A DNA stretch of 63,680 bases, filler included, from Salisapilia sapeloensis CBS 127946 (lineage: Eukaryota; Protista; Oomycota), in the NCBI GenBank assembly GCA_023334545.1. It is 14 parts of 14 records of this genome, joined end to end, with 100 filler letters (N's around TTAATTAATTAA, not from the genome) between each part and the next. Parts side by side here need not be neighbours in the genome. Positions count along the whole stretch, not along the records: positions 19,498 to 44,828 come from JAADVB010000252.1; positions 44,929 to 46,987 come from JAADVB010000970.1; positions 47,088 to 49,264 come from JAADVB010000944.1; positions 49,365 to 50,539 come from JAADVB010001270.1; positions 50,640 to 59,793 come from JAADVB010000472.1; 9 more parts are not named here. One strand, 5' to 3'. Within the stretch, counting starts at the first letter, position 1, and each line of letters begins with the position of its first letter. Below are positions 39,784 to 52,700 of the stretch, piece by piece. The position numbers and the translations under genes are program-made. Below the pieces are notes generated by a model. It worked only from the letters and a program-made list of their open reading frames with translations. It did not search any database and was not told the DNA's origin.

Positions 39784-41829
39784 CTACATTGTAGCTTTAG
39801 AATAGCTTGAGAGTTGTCGTGAGTGACTCCGAGCCTTGGACTTGGAAGGAGAACCGACGTCGCCGTTCCGGACTGGAAAGTAATGAAAGGCTTTTGGTGC
39901 TTCTCGATCAGAGAGGCGGTGGTAAAAGCCTAGGCGAGGACGAAGGTACTGTTTGTTGTCTTCCAATATAAAGCCATGCTCCAAATACTGCCAAAGATGC
40001 AATTCATCCGAAGCGCTCCTACTGCTGGTCGCCTTTTCACCATCCGTAGTTTTGAGCGGGCCACTTCGGACTAGTGCTAACGCCCGAATTGGAGTACATA
40101 AAACTCTTTCCAGATCAAGTCGAGTGTAGTCGTTTTGTGGTTGTGTGGAAACTTGGATTGCTTTTTGGTCTGCTTCACTATTCTCTGTATCATGTTCACC
40201 TTGGTCTGCCTGTAGTAAGGTCTGATCAGGAGCAACACCGCTGTTCGATGTAGGTGTAGGTGATGCCCGACGATAGTTGTATGCGTACCGCAGACAGAGT
40301 ACCAAGATCGATATGCCACAGCATTGCGCAAGTAGCAAAGCAAAGTATGAGCAAAAGAAAAGCAGCTTCGAATTGTCGCGGGAGCTTTTCCCAGGCACAC
40401 TCACCCATTCGAACGCGACAGAAGTGTTACCCACCTGAACAAGCTCCTGTTGGCGTTGTCCCTCGTCTAGCAGTATCATTTCACTTGCGTGTTGCAGTGG
40501 AGCAGTCATCATTCCTAGAGCTATAGCTGTGATACCAATGAGCTCTCCTGATGAAATACGAGTTTTGCTAGCAATACGGTACGCCACATTCTCCTTTACA
40601 AACACCACAAGTCCCCAACATCGTGAGATCAGGTACATGACCGTGAGCCAAGACTGCAGCAAAGTGAGCCACACGTGCAAGTGGTCTATTCTATTTTCAC
40701 TTTGCGTGATTATCGTCGAAAATATACCGAGAAAGAGCCATGTGAACACTTGGCAAGCAATTGTGAGGCCCATCCAAAGCGAATGGCGCGATAGGGAACA
40801 CATGCAAAATGTAAAGCTCATGAGCTTATCGCCTTGCACGTCACTACTTGATGAGGTTGGATCGAGCAACTTGGGTAATAGAACATCGCGAAGTAGTTCC
40901 CATGTAGATAGAGTGCCGTATACAAAGATGCTTATCTTTATGACGATAAAGATGTTCAACAGGACGCCTTCGACGCGAATGGTTACAGTCCGATGTGTTG
41001 CTATTGCCGAGTCTGGCGCTGAAGTGGCATGGGTGACTTTGGTCGTTTTACCACTTTGACGAATGCGCAAAGCAATTCTGTCAAAGAGTGAAAATGTACT
41101 TGTGAACAAATTTTCCTTGTCATTAAGCGATAGTACAATACTTCGTGCGTTGAACCCTACAAGCGCAATTTGGTGTACAGGAGTAGTCTCTGCAGACACA
41201 TCTCCTCTGCTAGACGTAACTGCACAGCCTATAAACTCTGGCATGTAAACTTCTTTCTCCTCGAAAGACTGGTAACCTCGAAAGCACATAGCATTCTCTA
41301 ATAAATTGGGCTCTCCCAATATGGACAGTAGATGCACTATCTCTTCTTCAGCGTTGGAATTGATCGGCACCGACATTTCAGGCGTTGTTGGTGACCACGT
41401 GAATTGGGCGCCAGAAGCGAAGCGGCTCACGATCGTGTGGTGGCAAATCGCCGGCTTGAGAGCAACTTGCAAAGCTTTACATAGTGTCCAGGCGACTGCA
41501 TCAGGTCGTAGATTCACACTAAGTATCACACTGGAGTCATTCGAAGGATGATGACAGTTAGAAAGCTTAACAGTGCTTGCTTCTTTGCTTACAGGCTGAG
41601 TTGGCAGAAACCTTAATTCATCGCACAAGCCTAAGAAAGAGCTCCATTGAGCATCGCTTTTTTGTACGAAAGTCTTGTCAATAGTAGGTAGACGATTATC
41701 TTTGTGAACTTCATTTATGGATGTAAAGGAGAAATGAGGAAGCCGAACGACTTGAAAGTATACATCGCGTGCGTCTAAGAGTAGTGAAAGCAGCAGAAGG
41801 AAGAGCTGAACGATCGCTTGCCACTTCAT
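39784..41829 (-). CDS. Oomycete multi-pass transmembrane protein of unknown function
   Basis: Long ORF, hydrophobic N-terminus, about 6 C-terminal TM segments, tail YTRLDLERVLCTPIR. Confidence 0.75.
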   Translation of the reverse strand: MKWQAIVQLFLLLLSLLLDARDVYFQVVRLPHFSFTSINEVHKDNRLPTIDKTFVQKSDAQWSSFLGLCDELRFLPTQPVSKEASTVKLSNCHHPSNDSSVILSVNLRPDAVAWTLCKALQVALKPAICHHTIVSRFASGAQFTWSPTTPEMSVPINSNAEEEIVHLLSILGEPNLLENAMCFRGYQSFEEKEVYMPEFIGCAVTSSRGDVSAETTPVHQIALVGFNARSIVLSLNDKENLFTSTFSLFDRIALRIRQSGKTTKVTHATSAPDSAIATHRTVTIRVEGVLLNIFIVIKISIFVYGTLSTWELLRDVLLPKLLDPTSSSSDVQGDKLMSFTFCMCSLSRHSLWMGLTIACQVFTWLFLGIFSTIITQSENRIDHLHVWLTLLQSWLTVMYLISRCWGLVVFVKENVAYRIASKTRISSGELIGITAIALGMMTAPLQHASEMILLDEGQRQQELVQVGNTSVAFEWVSVPGKSSRDNSKLLFFCSYFALLLAQCCGISILVLCLRYAYNYRRASPTPTSNSGVAPDQTLLQADQGEHDTENSEADQKAIQVSTQPQNDYTRLDLERVLCTPIRALALVRSGPLKTTDGEKATSSRSASDELHLWQYLEHGFILEDNKQYLRPRLGFYHRLSDREAPKAFHYFPVRNGDVGSPSKSKARSHSRQLSSYSKATM

Positions 41830-42479
41830 GGTGTTCAGGTTGGAATGCGTCTTAAACAAGTACTACTTTAAAATATAGAAAAAGAAACGATCGCAAGTGC
41901 GGATCCGTTGTATCAGAACGACCTTAACTAACCATTCGCAAATGGGATGTGGCAAAGGCAGTTTCTTTGGCCAGTACATCTCTTACTAAATTTCTATTTT
42001 TGTCTCGGTCATATTAGTCTACAGTGTTCGCTAGGTGTTTCGCTTTCTATCGCGATTATGTAGAAATTCCACCCTCTCTGGTCCATTGGGCCGTCAAGCT
42101 ATAATCACTGGTATTTTGTCGCATCCTAGTCCCCATTCCCTATCAAATTGGTGTATTCAAGAAGTTTTGCTTCTTTTGGCTAGCCACTTCCACTTTTCAG
42201 TCCCCACCTCGACTTCTATAGCAGGTGGGTCCGGTGACAAGAGAAACCTCCCAACGTGAAGCGTCAGGACAAGATACAACATTAACGGTTTGTCACCAAG
42301 AGACGCACGAGTCCTTAGACTGTAAGGAGTAGATCGGGTGTCCATTTATTCAACTGCCAGATCATTGAGTCAATAGGCGCTTTCAAATCCACCCGACTAG
42401 ACAATTTTTCACGTGTCTACTGTTCATTGTCTACCGTGCAACCAATATCGCAAGCACTACGACATTACCTGAAGCCGCT

Positions 42480-43385
42480 ATGGATCCACGCATCCATCCT
42501 ATTTCGATCGACAACATTTTCATAAGACACGGCTCGGATGATGGCTTATCAGCTGAGCGAGCGATAGTAGACACATCTAGCGAGCCAAATGAAGGGTGGA
42601 ATACCCCCCGAGAGGAATTAACGCAGCCTCGTCGCGTCCCCAAGACTTCCATTAGCTTCATCTTGGACAGCCACCAGGACAAATCTGGGAAGCATTATAG
42701 TGAAAATGTAGATTCTCCATCGCCGCAGTACGACATTGCTTCGTTGTTGCATGTCGTGGGCACACAGCCACCTCTTGCGTCTGTCATTGATAGTACCTCA
42801 TCGAAAGCAAAGGCCAAACGAAAATCGAGAATTTGCACACAGGACGGATGTACGAAGTATGTTGTAGACCGTGGCCGTTGCATTCGACATGGTGTAAGTT
42901 TTGAATTGCCTTCATTCGGCCATTTGTGCGGATTGATAGAGAACTGACATTCACATCGGCTTTATGTAGGGAGGAAAGCGTTGCCAAGAAGAAGGATGTG
43001 AGTGCCGAGCTCAAAATCATGGGCTCTGCTGGAAGCATGGTAATGTATATTTGAATATCTCTTTAAAATGTAGCTGAGCTAAACACGACTTGTAGGAGGG
43101 TATAATATTTGCAAAGTGGAAGGGTGCGAGAAGCGTGCCAAGTCTAAAGGCATATGCTGGTCCCACGGTGGAGGCACTAGATGCTCTCGTGATGGATGCA
43201 CGAAAGTGGCCGTGTCTAGATCGCTTTGTTGGGCACATGGGGGTGGAAAACGCTGTCAAGCGGATGGGTGTCAGAAAGCAGCGTCCAACCGCACGAAGAA
43301 CTATTGCTATGAGCATTATCATCTATATTTTTATGCTCAGAATCCAAACGTCGTACGCATCGATGGCGAGCCGAAAGTCCTTTAA
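42480..43385 (+). CDS. WRKY19-like zinc-finger protein, copy 2, 3 exons
   Basis: Five HGG-type fingers after removing two GT-AG introns (about 42893-42970 and 43041-43096). Confidence 0.88.
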
Positions 43386-44509
43386 AATAAAGTTAGTAGT
43401 AAAGAGCGACCCAGTCAACACTTGAATGACCACACTGAGAAATTAGTAAATTCAGAATAAACTCTGCAAGTACTTTCAAAGAAATCTATGCTGATTCTTA
43501 TATACAACTAAAATAAAATAATACAATTGCGAGTCAAGCAATTGCATCTCAAGTTTGGTGTAGACAAGGTGGAGCAGACATTGACTGAAGAATTTTTAAC
43601 TCTCCAGTCCAGCTACTATCCTTCGTCTTGACATCGATCGATCTGCCCGGATAGTTTGAGCTACCCACTCTTAGTAGTTTTAAAAGCAGTAGCTAGCGCT
43701 GTGCACCTATGCTATTTGTCATTAGTCTTCGGTTGTAGCGTACATGGTACTTTGGCGGCTTGACGGAGAGCTATCAACTTATGCATTGCTCTAGTATACC
43801 GATCTTCTAGTTTATACTAACGCCCAAAAATGCGATCTGTGCAGTCGTAAGTGTTTGATAGATGCACATGAAATTCACGCTTCACAATAGTTCACACACT
43901 GGACCTTTTATCATCAACAGAATGCGTCCAAAGATTCAGCAGACGAAAACTTGGCAGTAGCCTTGTTATCGTTCGGATCTGTATTAAGGATGCAAATATA
44001 CCATTCACCAGGTAACATGCGTGTTTGCTCGAAGTACGGTGTATTTCGCTCAACACAGCCAAAAGTCTTACTATCTTGTTTTGATATCCAAATCTTGCAT
44101 TTGTGTTCGAGACACTTCAGCGAATGTATTTTGATGTTTGTGTCATTCGCTGTATGGCCATCAATCGGAAACCTGCAAATCTCCGTAGCACGCAGCATAT
44201 TGACTGCAATACCGTGAGCAAGAAAGTATAGCGAGAATCGTCATTATGCTTGCCAACGAAAGGATCTCCATGTACAAAATCAGTAACAACATTCTAGAAA
44301 GCGCTTTCTGAAAGTTGGGAAGCCAAGGCAGAGATGTGCGAGGATAATCTACTCATCCACCAATACTCTTCTAGTTGCAATCCTGTGTCTTCTATCTTGT
44401 GTGACAAGTCATCGAAACAAAAGGCTTCATCATGTTGGACATTGCTTTGGACTCGGTACATGTTGTCCGACCTTCCATGTCGTAGTATGACATCATACGT
44501 CTCCCCTCC

Positions 44510-44519
44510 CTCATTGGCT
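44510..44519 (-). promoter_or_regulatory. CCAAT box upstream of glutathione reductase
   Basis: Reverse-strand AGCCAATGAG about 110 nt before the ATG at 44631. Confidence 0.4.
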
Positions 44520-44591
44520 AACGCATATCTCAGACGCCTCCTGACTGGATCACGGCAACTGAGCTTGGGCAACACTCAAAAGATAGAATAG

Positions 44592-44828
<237 letters not shown>

Positions 44829-47800
44829 NNNNNNNNNNNNNNNNNNNNNNNNNNNNNNNNNNNNNNNNNNNNTTAATTAATTAANNNNNNNNNNNNNNNN
44901 NNNNNNNNNNNNNNNNNNNNNNNNNNNNCGGAACGCCTGTTGTTTTGGAGTGGACGGGAGAGCAAAAAACCGAAGCTGTCGATGCCAACCCAAACTTTCA
45001 TACCAGCGCACGCAGGGCTGCTAGGGCGCAGCATCTGAGCCCAGCTAAGTTTGGAACGAAGCGAGAAAGTTTCGATGATCTTCATCCATCTTGGAATTTG
45101 ACGTGCTTGATGCCCATGCCCACTTGAACAACGGACCCTGCACCTTTTCATCCGCTTCTTGCCTTGCCTTCGATGGATCAGGTCGCTGCGGTTTGTGCAT
45201 TTGGCCGATGACCTTGGAGACGAGTCCATCGACTCGAATTAGGGCAATCGGTCGGCGGCGCTCTGGAAGTCTGCCCGTAGTAAGATTCAAATCCTCACTC
45301 GCAGATCGGGATGATAGAGTCATGGCTTCCACACACTCTGACAATTGTTATCGCGAAAGGATGTGGTGGCTAGGTACAGCGTTGACGTCCAGGCTCAGGA
45401 TGGCCACATCGATGAACGTCGCATGGTTGTCCACAAATTTTCATATCAGGATTTGTCGCTAGTAGAGATAGATAGTTTGGTGTACAAGAGACAAATATTT
45501 AAACTTTGAGCAAAGGCACGACCATCTCGCAAGTCTCGTTGCCCCGGGTGAGTGTGCGGGAAAGAACGCAAACGCTTTCGACGCATACACTGCATGAAAA
45601 GCCAAGTTACCGTATCTCTCGATGGCGCCTGATATGCCGTCCTTGGTCCAACAGCCATAGTAAAGGGAGGCTAGTCTCACATGAAGCAATAGGTGGTGTG
45701 ACGATCTAGAATACGTCTCCTGGTTCGTACGTCGCAGTCGAACATGTGCAGTTGGCTGAGGCAGCGCGGAGTTAGGAGCTCGGCTGCGCGTTAATCAGAT
45801 AGTGTCCATGGGCGCACAGACAAGCTGAGCGACCCCAGAACGACGTAGAGCACCGCATATGATATCGGTAGGATATATTCGAGCTGAAGCGATGTCAACC
45901 GAAAGGATTCGTAGTCAGCACTGTCGAAAGCAAGTTCACAACAATCCACCCTTTTATGCTCCGAGTGCGAAACGCATTTGGACTCGCTGTCGACAAGGAG
46001 TCGAGGGTACGTGAAGCAATTTCTAGCATTCTGTGCTTTGATGCAGGAGCCGCCTAGTTCGAGAACAGCGACAATGCTTGCGAGTTCGCTTTCTTGCGTA
46101 AGCGTGTTGCTTCGATGGGTGACTTTGGCCATTAGCGAGGCCTGACTTCGATTACAGTCTAGTGCACCGCTTCCATCTCAAGCGAAGAGGCTCCATTTTC
46201 TTGATCTCAGTGAAGGAATCCTTGACTTACGGAGGTATGCATTGGACTCTGTCATCATGCCTCCACCAAAGCAACAACTGTCATTCTTTTGCGTCATCGG
46301 TCCTTCCATCAGCTCGACTCGTCCACAAGAGCATACTGCCACCTAGCTCTCTTGGTAGCGAAAAGTATACATCCAATCGCCACTTTGAACTCAATTGGAG
46401 CTACCTGACAGAAGGATGAAACCTGGTAATATGCTCTTCTTACTGACAGAGTGCATGCACATGGCCACGCTGTTTCGATAAAGGTAGAGATCACAATCTC
46501 CAAAAGCTCGCTGGTATTGTCGGGAAACACGTCCACTCGCATCAAAGCACCCGAAAGCGGCTTTATCTGAACCGAAAGGAAGCCCTAACACAAATGTAGA
46601 GGTCTTGCTCGTGCATGGTCCGTCTTTTGCCATGAAAGTGTAAGGAGAAGAGGTCGGGCACTGGATCCGTTCGGTAACAAGTCGGAGGCGTTTCGCACCA
46701 CTATATGCAAACACTGAAGTGACGAGATAGATATCGAGTGTCGGCATCGAAACGATCTACCCGAGTACTCGGATCCTTGAGTCTGTATCAAGGCACAAAG
46801 TAGAGGTATCCGAGACATTGTGTGGCTTCCAGGCTTTACGGATGCCTGCAATGGGTGCTACAAGTCTAGATCCTCTATAGGGATCGTCCACTGCAGTCGC
46901 ACGAATAGCTTCAATGGTGGAGTGGGACAGGACGCAGCAGATGAAAGGATGCGTAGGACCTGTATAAGGATTCAAGACAATGGCAAANNNNNNNNNNNNN
47001 NNNNNNNNNNNNNNNNNNNNNNNNNNNNNNNTTAATTAATTAANNNNNNNNNNNNNNNNNNNNNNNNNNNNNNNNNNNNNNNNNNNNCGCAAGATCCTTG
47101 GTCTTGAATTAAAGGTCATAGACCGAGAAGCGGTCTGCTTGGTCTCACCGGGAATTCCGATCTGTGGCATTGCCACGGGCACGGGTGAAGGAGCGGACCA
47201 TTCCCCGATTCCTCATGGGTAGCACAGCAGCTTCCCCAGGGCTATGAAATGTTGAATTTGGCCAAGTTTCCAATCCTGTATTACTAAATAAGTATATATT
47301 TTTTTACAAAAAGCAAGTTTCCACCCCTATCAACTCTTTGCATGCGTGCATTGATTGATTACGGACGCAAGAGTGGATGCTGATAGAAGAGTGGGTCACT
47401 TCGATTCCTTCGTCTCTGTCTCTCTTAACCGTGTTTGATTGCCAGAGGTGGTAACCTGCCCATCACAACTTCAATACGTCTTCAACATAAGATCCTCGGT
47501 GGACCACGCTGGCCACGACCGCTCTCTTCCTTGGCTCGTGGATGGCAGCCAAGTATCGCCAGCTGCCATGAACACTTGATTCATGCAACCGACCTGGATG
47601 TACGGCCTTTAGGCCTTGACAACCAAACGCCAAACGTTGACTGCGAATAAGAAGTTGTGGATCATCTGCCTCGGACGTCAAGTCCGGACGATCGCCTCAG
47701 GCTTCCTTTCTCGACCATTGCAGCTCTCTATCCGGTACTAGAGGCCCGACAAGTTTCTCAATCGTCAACAGACACACACACAGTTGGCGCACATATCGAC

Positions 47801-48087
47801 AGATCTGCATTCTGTGCACGTGCGCGTTCTTGGGTTTCCACACGACATTTCTGGTCGTGAACGATTGCAATGCACAGAGTAAATCCAAGGTATTACCACA
47901 GAGCGGCAACGTCGGCCTGCGTCCTCTGTATACAGCGATCCGTAGGGGAAATAGACATAATTGAGCCACAGTTATCCTACGTGACATCCAGAGTTAGGAC
48001 AAACAGCGTGAACAAACTCTCTTGCCTCTTCTCTCTTCTTATTCACAACATTCAATCAACAAGATCCCTTCCTACCCATTCGGAAAG

Positions 48088-48786
48088 TCATAAAAGCATC
48101 ATCTCCGCAGCAGGCCAATTTCGCCTCCGGAATTGGAGCTCTTCGTAGTGGCGCTCGCAGTAATTCTCCGTCCGCGCGTACGCTGGTCGCTGGCAGTGCG
48201 GCATCAGGCATCGCTTTCCTCCGCCGTGGTGCCAGCAGAAGCCGCTCGACACTGCCACTTTCGAGCAGCTAGGAGCTCGGCACAGTGTCCCTCCGCCGTG
48301 GGACCAGCACAGACCCCTCGCCTTGGCCTTCTTCTCACAGTTCGCGACTTTGCACGCCACGGACCCTCCTACACAAGGTCGGACCAATTCAGCACCTGCA
48401 TGTCCGAGAGACGGAGACACCGAACAGACGTACCATGCTTCCAGCAACGCCCGCCGTGTTTCGCGCTCGAACTGCAGCTCTCGACGGAGCACTTCTTCCC
48501 TCCCTGCGTATCGCCAGATTGTTAGTACGTGATATCTCGGTAGCACGACAAGCTATCCAGAGGGCGCAGGCGCGGATCATAGAATTACCCCGTGTTTACA
48601 GCAAAGGCCTTTGTGCACAATGTAGTTTCTGCAGCTCTCAACGCGGCACATGCGACCCCTCTTCTTCTCTTGGGCATGCTTCGGTCGAGACGTGGTCACG
48701 CCATCGGTCGGAGTGGCCGGGTCGAATGGATTCAGGATGAACGGCAGCGAGTGCCTCGCGTCGCTCTTGTCTTCCATCGCGTCCAT
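48088..48786 (-). CDS. WRKY19-like zinc-finger protein, copy 3, 3 exons
   Basis: CRVESCRNYIVHKGLCCKHG|GGKKCSVESC...CWKHG|GSVACKVANCEKKAKARGLCWSHGG...NYCERHY. Confidence 0.88.
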
Positions 48787-49364
48787 CGGTCAATGGGGAT
48801 CGTCCTTATCTCTGATTTATGCGGGACTGGCATGTATCTGACGTCGGTGGTCACGTGGGAGGGTTCAGGCACCGACGCGTCAGTCAAGTCGCGCGATGTC
48901 GAACCCAGTAGCCGCCAATCGCAGCTTCGCTTGATTCGTGCCGCTCATGACAGCAAATGGCAGGCGACGCCAGATCGGTACATGATTGCATGTGGCGCCA
49001 GCTTCAAGCTTCGTAAGCAGCTGCCGGGGATGTGCTGGCGTGATTAAAGCTCCGTTGACGTGCCGGATGGACACCGCCGTCTCGGTGATTGACGCTCGTG
49101 GCTCGTCTGGAGGGGGCTGGACGAATGCGGTTACCATCGACGTCGGGGCTTGAGATGCGATCAAGCTACACCCAGACGGCCTTCAGTTCACGCCGCGCTC
49201 TGCGCGCCTTCCATGCGACACAACCGAGCGTCAACCCACTCGGTGCGATAGTTGGGTGGGTACANNNNNNNNNNNNNNNNNNNNNNNNNNNNNNNNNNNN
49301 NNNNNNNNTTAATTAATTAANNNNNNNNNNNNNNNNNNNNNNNNNNNNNNNNNNNNNNNNNNNN

Positions 49365-50539
49365 CTCGCCGTCATCGGTCGCGGCGCATTCGGCGAAGTG
49401 CGTCTGGTTCGGAAGAAGGACAGCGGGGAGGTGTTTGCGCTGAAGACGCTGGAGAAGAGCGCGATGGTTTTGAAGAACCAGGTGGGCCACGTGAAGGCGG
49501 AGCGGGACATTCTGGCGATGGCCGACAACGACAACGAGTGGCTCGTGACGCTGCAGTACTCTTTCCAGGACGACCATCGGCTGTACATGGTGATGGAGTT
49601 CCTCCCGGGAGGAGACCTGATGGGTCTTCTGATCAAGGAGGACATTCTGACGGAAGCCACGACGCGTTTCTACGCGGCGGAGATGGTGCTGGCGATTGCG
49701 GCGGTGCACGAGCTCGGATACATCCACCGAGACATGAAGCCGGACAACGTTCTGCTGGATGCGTCGGGGCACATCAAGCTGACGGACCTGGGTCTGTGCA
49801 AGAAGATGGAGAACCGGACGGACCTGGCGTCGATCTCACAGTACGCGTCGGAGGGCATGCACGCTGTGGAGGAGGAGGGCGAGTCAGGGTCGAACGCTTC
49901 TGGCAGTCTGGCGCCGTCGACGTCGCGTTCGCGGCAGTACAACCGCAGTCGTCAGGCGATCTTTAGTACGGTGGGCACTCCGGACTACATTGCTCCAGAG
50001 GTGCTGGCGCAGAAAGGGTACGGGAAGGAGTGCGACTGGTGGTCTCTCGGAGTGATTTTGTTCGAGTGTCTGGTGGGCTACCCTCCGTTCAACGACGACG
50101 AGCCGATGCAGACGTGCCGGAAGATCGTGAACTGGCGCCGGAGCCTGGTGTTCCCTCCGGAGGCGCGGTCGAGTCTGAGTCCGGAGGCGATCGACTTTAT
50201 GAAGCGGCTGATGTGTGATGCGGACCAGCGTCTGGGCAGCAAGTCTCTGGACGAGATCAAGCAGCACCCGTGGTTCCACGGCATCGACTGGGACAACATT
50301 CGCCAGCAGCCCGCTCCGTCGCTTCCTCCGGGTGGTGGCGCAGACTTCCACGCGGCGATGCAGCAGCTGCAGACGACGAGTCCGCAGGAGAATCCTCAGC
50401 TGTACGAGCAGTTGGTGGGTCGCATCACGTCGAACTTTGAGGACATTCCGGGTCCGTGCGAGCTGGGTTCGGTGCCGAACGCGAACGACTTGGGGCAGCA
50501 GCAGCCTCAGGAAGCATCTCACCAGGCTCCTCCGGCACC
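49365..50539 (+). CDS. AGC kinase, NDR/LATS family, truncated at both ends
   Basis: [27 protein letters not shown], long activation-loop insert, [21 protein letters not shown]. Confidence 0.93.
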
Positions 50540-51724
50540 NNNNNNNNNNNNNNNNNNNNNNNNNNNNNNNNNNNNNNNNNNNNTTAATTAATTAANNNNN
50601 NNNNNNNNNNNNNNNNNNNNNNNNNNNNNNNNNNNNNNNATACATGGATCTTCTGTCGATTTTTGTACCATAGTTCAACAAGTCAATTCTATAAATTATT
50701 CTGTTGAAGCGTGTGCTCGAATTTTTCAACGAAAGCACTATCCCGTTGACCGTCCTTGCTCACACCAGTCTTCGTAGCATCTATGCATCGTTAACAGCTA
50801 ACAGAAGGAGTACTTCTCTCCCTCAGACTTAAATCTCTTGCTGACGCTGTTTCAATAACCTAACGTTATCGAGTCATATTTCTATTTCTAGTACTTTGTA
50901 TGGTAAGAATCTTAACTGAGACCAATGGAACAACCAAGTATCTTTTCCTCGCTTTTGTTGTACCCATGAACTTTTTAAAATCAAGTATAGATATCAACTC
51001 TTCGAAATTTGTTGACTGCATGCATCTCATGTTTATGTTTTTCTCATCTAGCCCATCATTGCAGACAAGTTGAGTGTCCCGAGGGATTAAATCCTAAACA
51101 ACAACTTGATTTGATTCACTATAAGTTTGCATAAAGAGCACTACGCGGTATGGAAACTTGAGCCTTGATTCGCACGACTACAAGCGTCATCGATTGTCGC
51201 ATTGCGTCAAGACACGGTGATGATGAGCCATTGACTGCTATGAGTTTGTTTGACAATGTAACTAGCCAAAGGTTTTATTTTCAGCACGTATATTGGATAT
51301 CTCGCTGCATATTGTTGTAGTATAATGGAAACCTGGTCTTTTCATGCTAACCTGGTTCATACGGAACTCAAAGAGCTACTCCATGGAGTTTAAGAAGGAT
51401 GAACTCATTGAACTGCAATTACTTTTCTATGACGACATTCGTTTATACAAAAGAAAATCAGTTTATGTATCGCTGTCGCCTCTGTCGTCTTGTTATTCGA
51501 ATACTTCTACGCACTAGTCACCGAGTATAAAGCTGCTGTCCTAGCTATATTGATATGCGGAACATACAGCGACAGCTTGGAATGTACTTATCCATATCCA
51601 ATACCTATTTCCATCTACCAAAGAATCTCGATAGAAAAAGAGAAGCGAGCAAATGGAGTTTGCGATTTATTCGATCTCAACTAGCATGACCAAGTCTTGA
51701 TCGACAGCGGATTCTAAAAGACGT

Positions 51725-52277
51725 TTACGAGAAACGCAGACCAAGTGCCGCGACGACATCTCGGAACTTGTGCAAGTCCGTTCGGCGCAAGTACTTGAGT
51801 AGCTTTCTTCTCTTTTCAACCATGGCGATCAATCCACGACGCGAGTGGTGGTCCTTCTTGTGCTTCTTGGCGTGCTCCGTCGAGTGCAAGATTTTTTGCG
51901 TCAGCACAGCAATCTGCACTTCGCTCGAGCCTATGCGTATCAACCGATGAGCATTCCTACATGATCAATCTCTTCCTCAACTATAGTATACCAGTGTCTC
52001 CAGGGAACCGCTGGAAGTTCTCAATAGCTTTAGCAATTTGTGCCTGGTTGAGTTCCTTCTGACTAGCGTTCTCAAGACTCAAAACGCGTCGAAGCTGCTC
52101 ACTCTGACTCATCGGCTTGGCATCAGCGCTGGCAAAGTCATCCTTGGTCTCCGGAATCGAAATGTTGAAACGATTTTGCGCATCGGCAGCAACTTGCTCT
52201 GGCTTGGTGTACGTCGCAAAGCGAACACGAGGTGCCTTGGAGGCAGCAGCAGCCACGCGAGTCGTCCACCGCAGCAT
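51725..52277 (-). CDS. MRPS15: Mitochondrial ribosomal protein S15 (uS15m), 2 exons
   Basis: Presequence [20 protein letters not shown]; FQRFPGDTG|[10 protein letters not shown]...[22 protein letters not shown]. Confidence 0.93.
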
Positions 52278-52700
52278 GATTTCGTCCGAGGAATTGTTTG
52301 GCCAAGACGGACACGTCGTCCATTAATTTATGCCCTTTTGCACTTGTATTTTGTATTTTATTTATTACATCATTTTGGAACGAATGATACAGATGTGCCA
52401 TTTTGGTACCAGTGAAGTGATCATGAAAAGACATGCGTTTGGAAGGAAATATTGAAGTGACATACCCACTAGGTAGAAGCATCCTGTAGATGCCTATTAG
52501 CATATACAGAGGCTTCTATACGTAAAAGAAGGGTTATATGGCTAGCCGAAAGACGAAAATTGGTGATACTTTTGTCTTATAGCATCTACTTGGTGCTTTT
52601 CCTTAATCTAGTACGAAATACTTTCGATATAGCTTTCTTTCTGCATACAAATGCCCATACGCTTTGATAAAAAGAAAAGAATTTGCCATTCATATCGATC

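Noticed and set aside
49780-49800. DLG instead of DFG in the NDR kinase as a pseudokinase sign
   Set aside because: The Mg-binding Asp, the VAIK-equivalent Lys and HRD are all intact, and DLG occurs in active kinases.
50640-51700. AT-rich kilobase downstream of MRPS15
   Set aside because: Only ORFs under about 65 aa, and no repeats or RNA structure that I can support.
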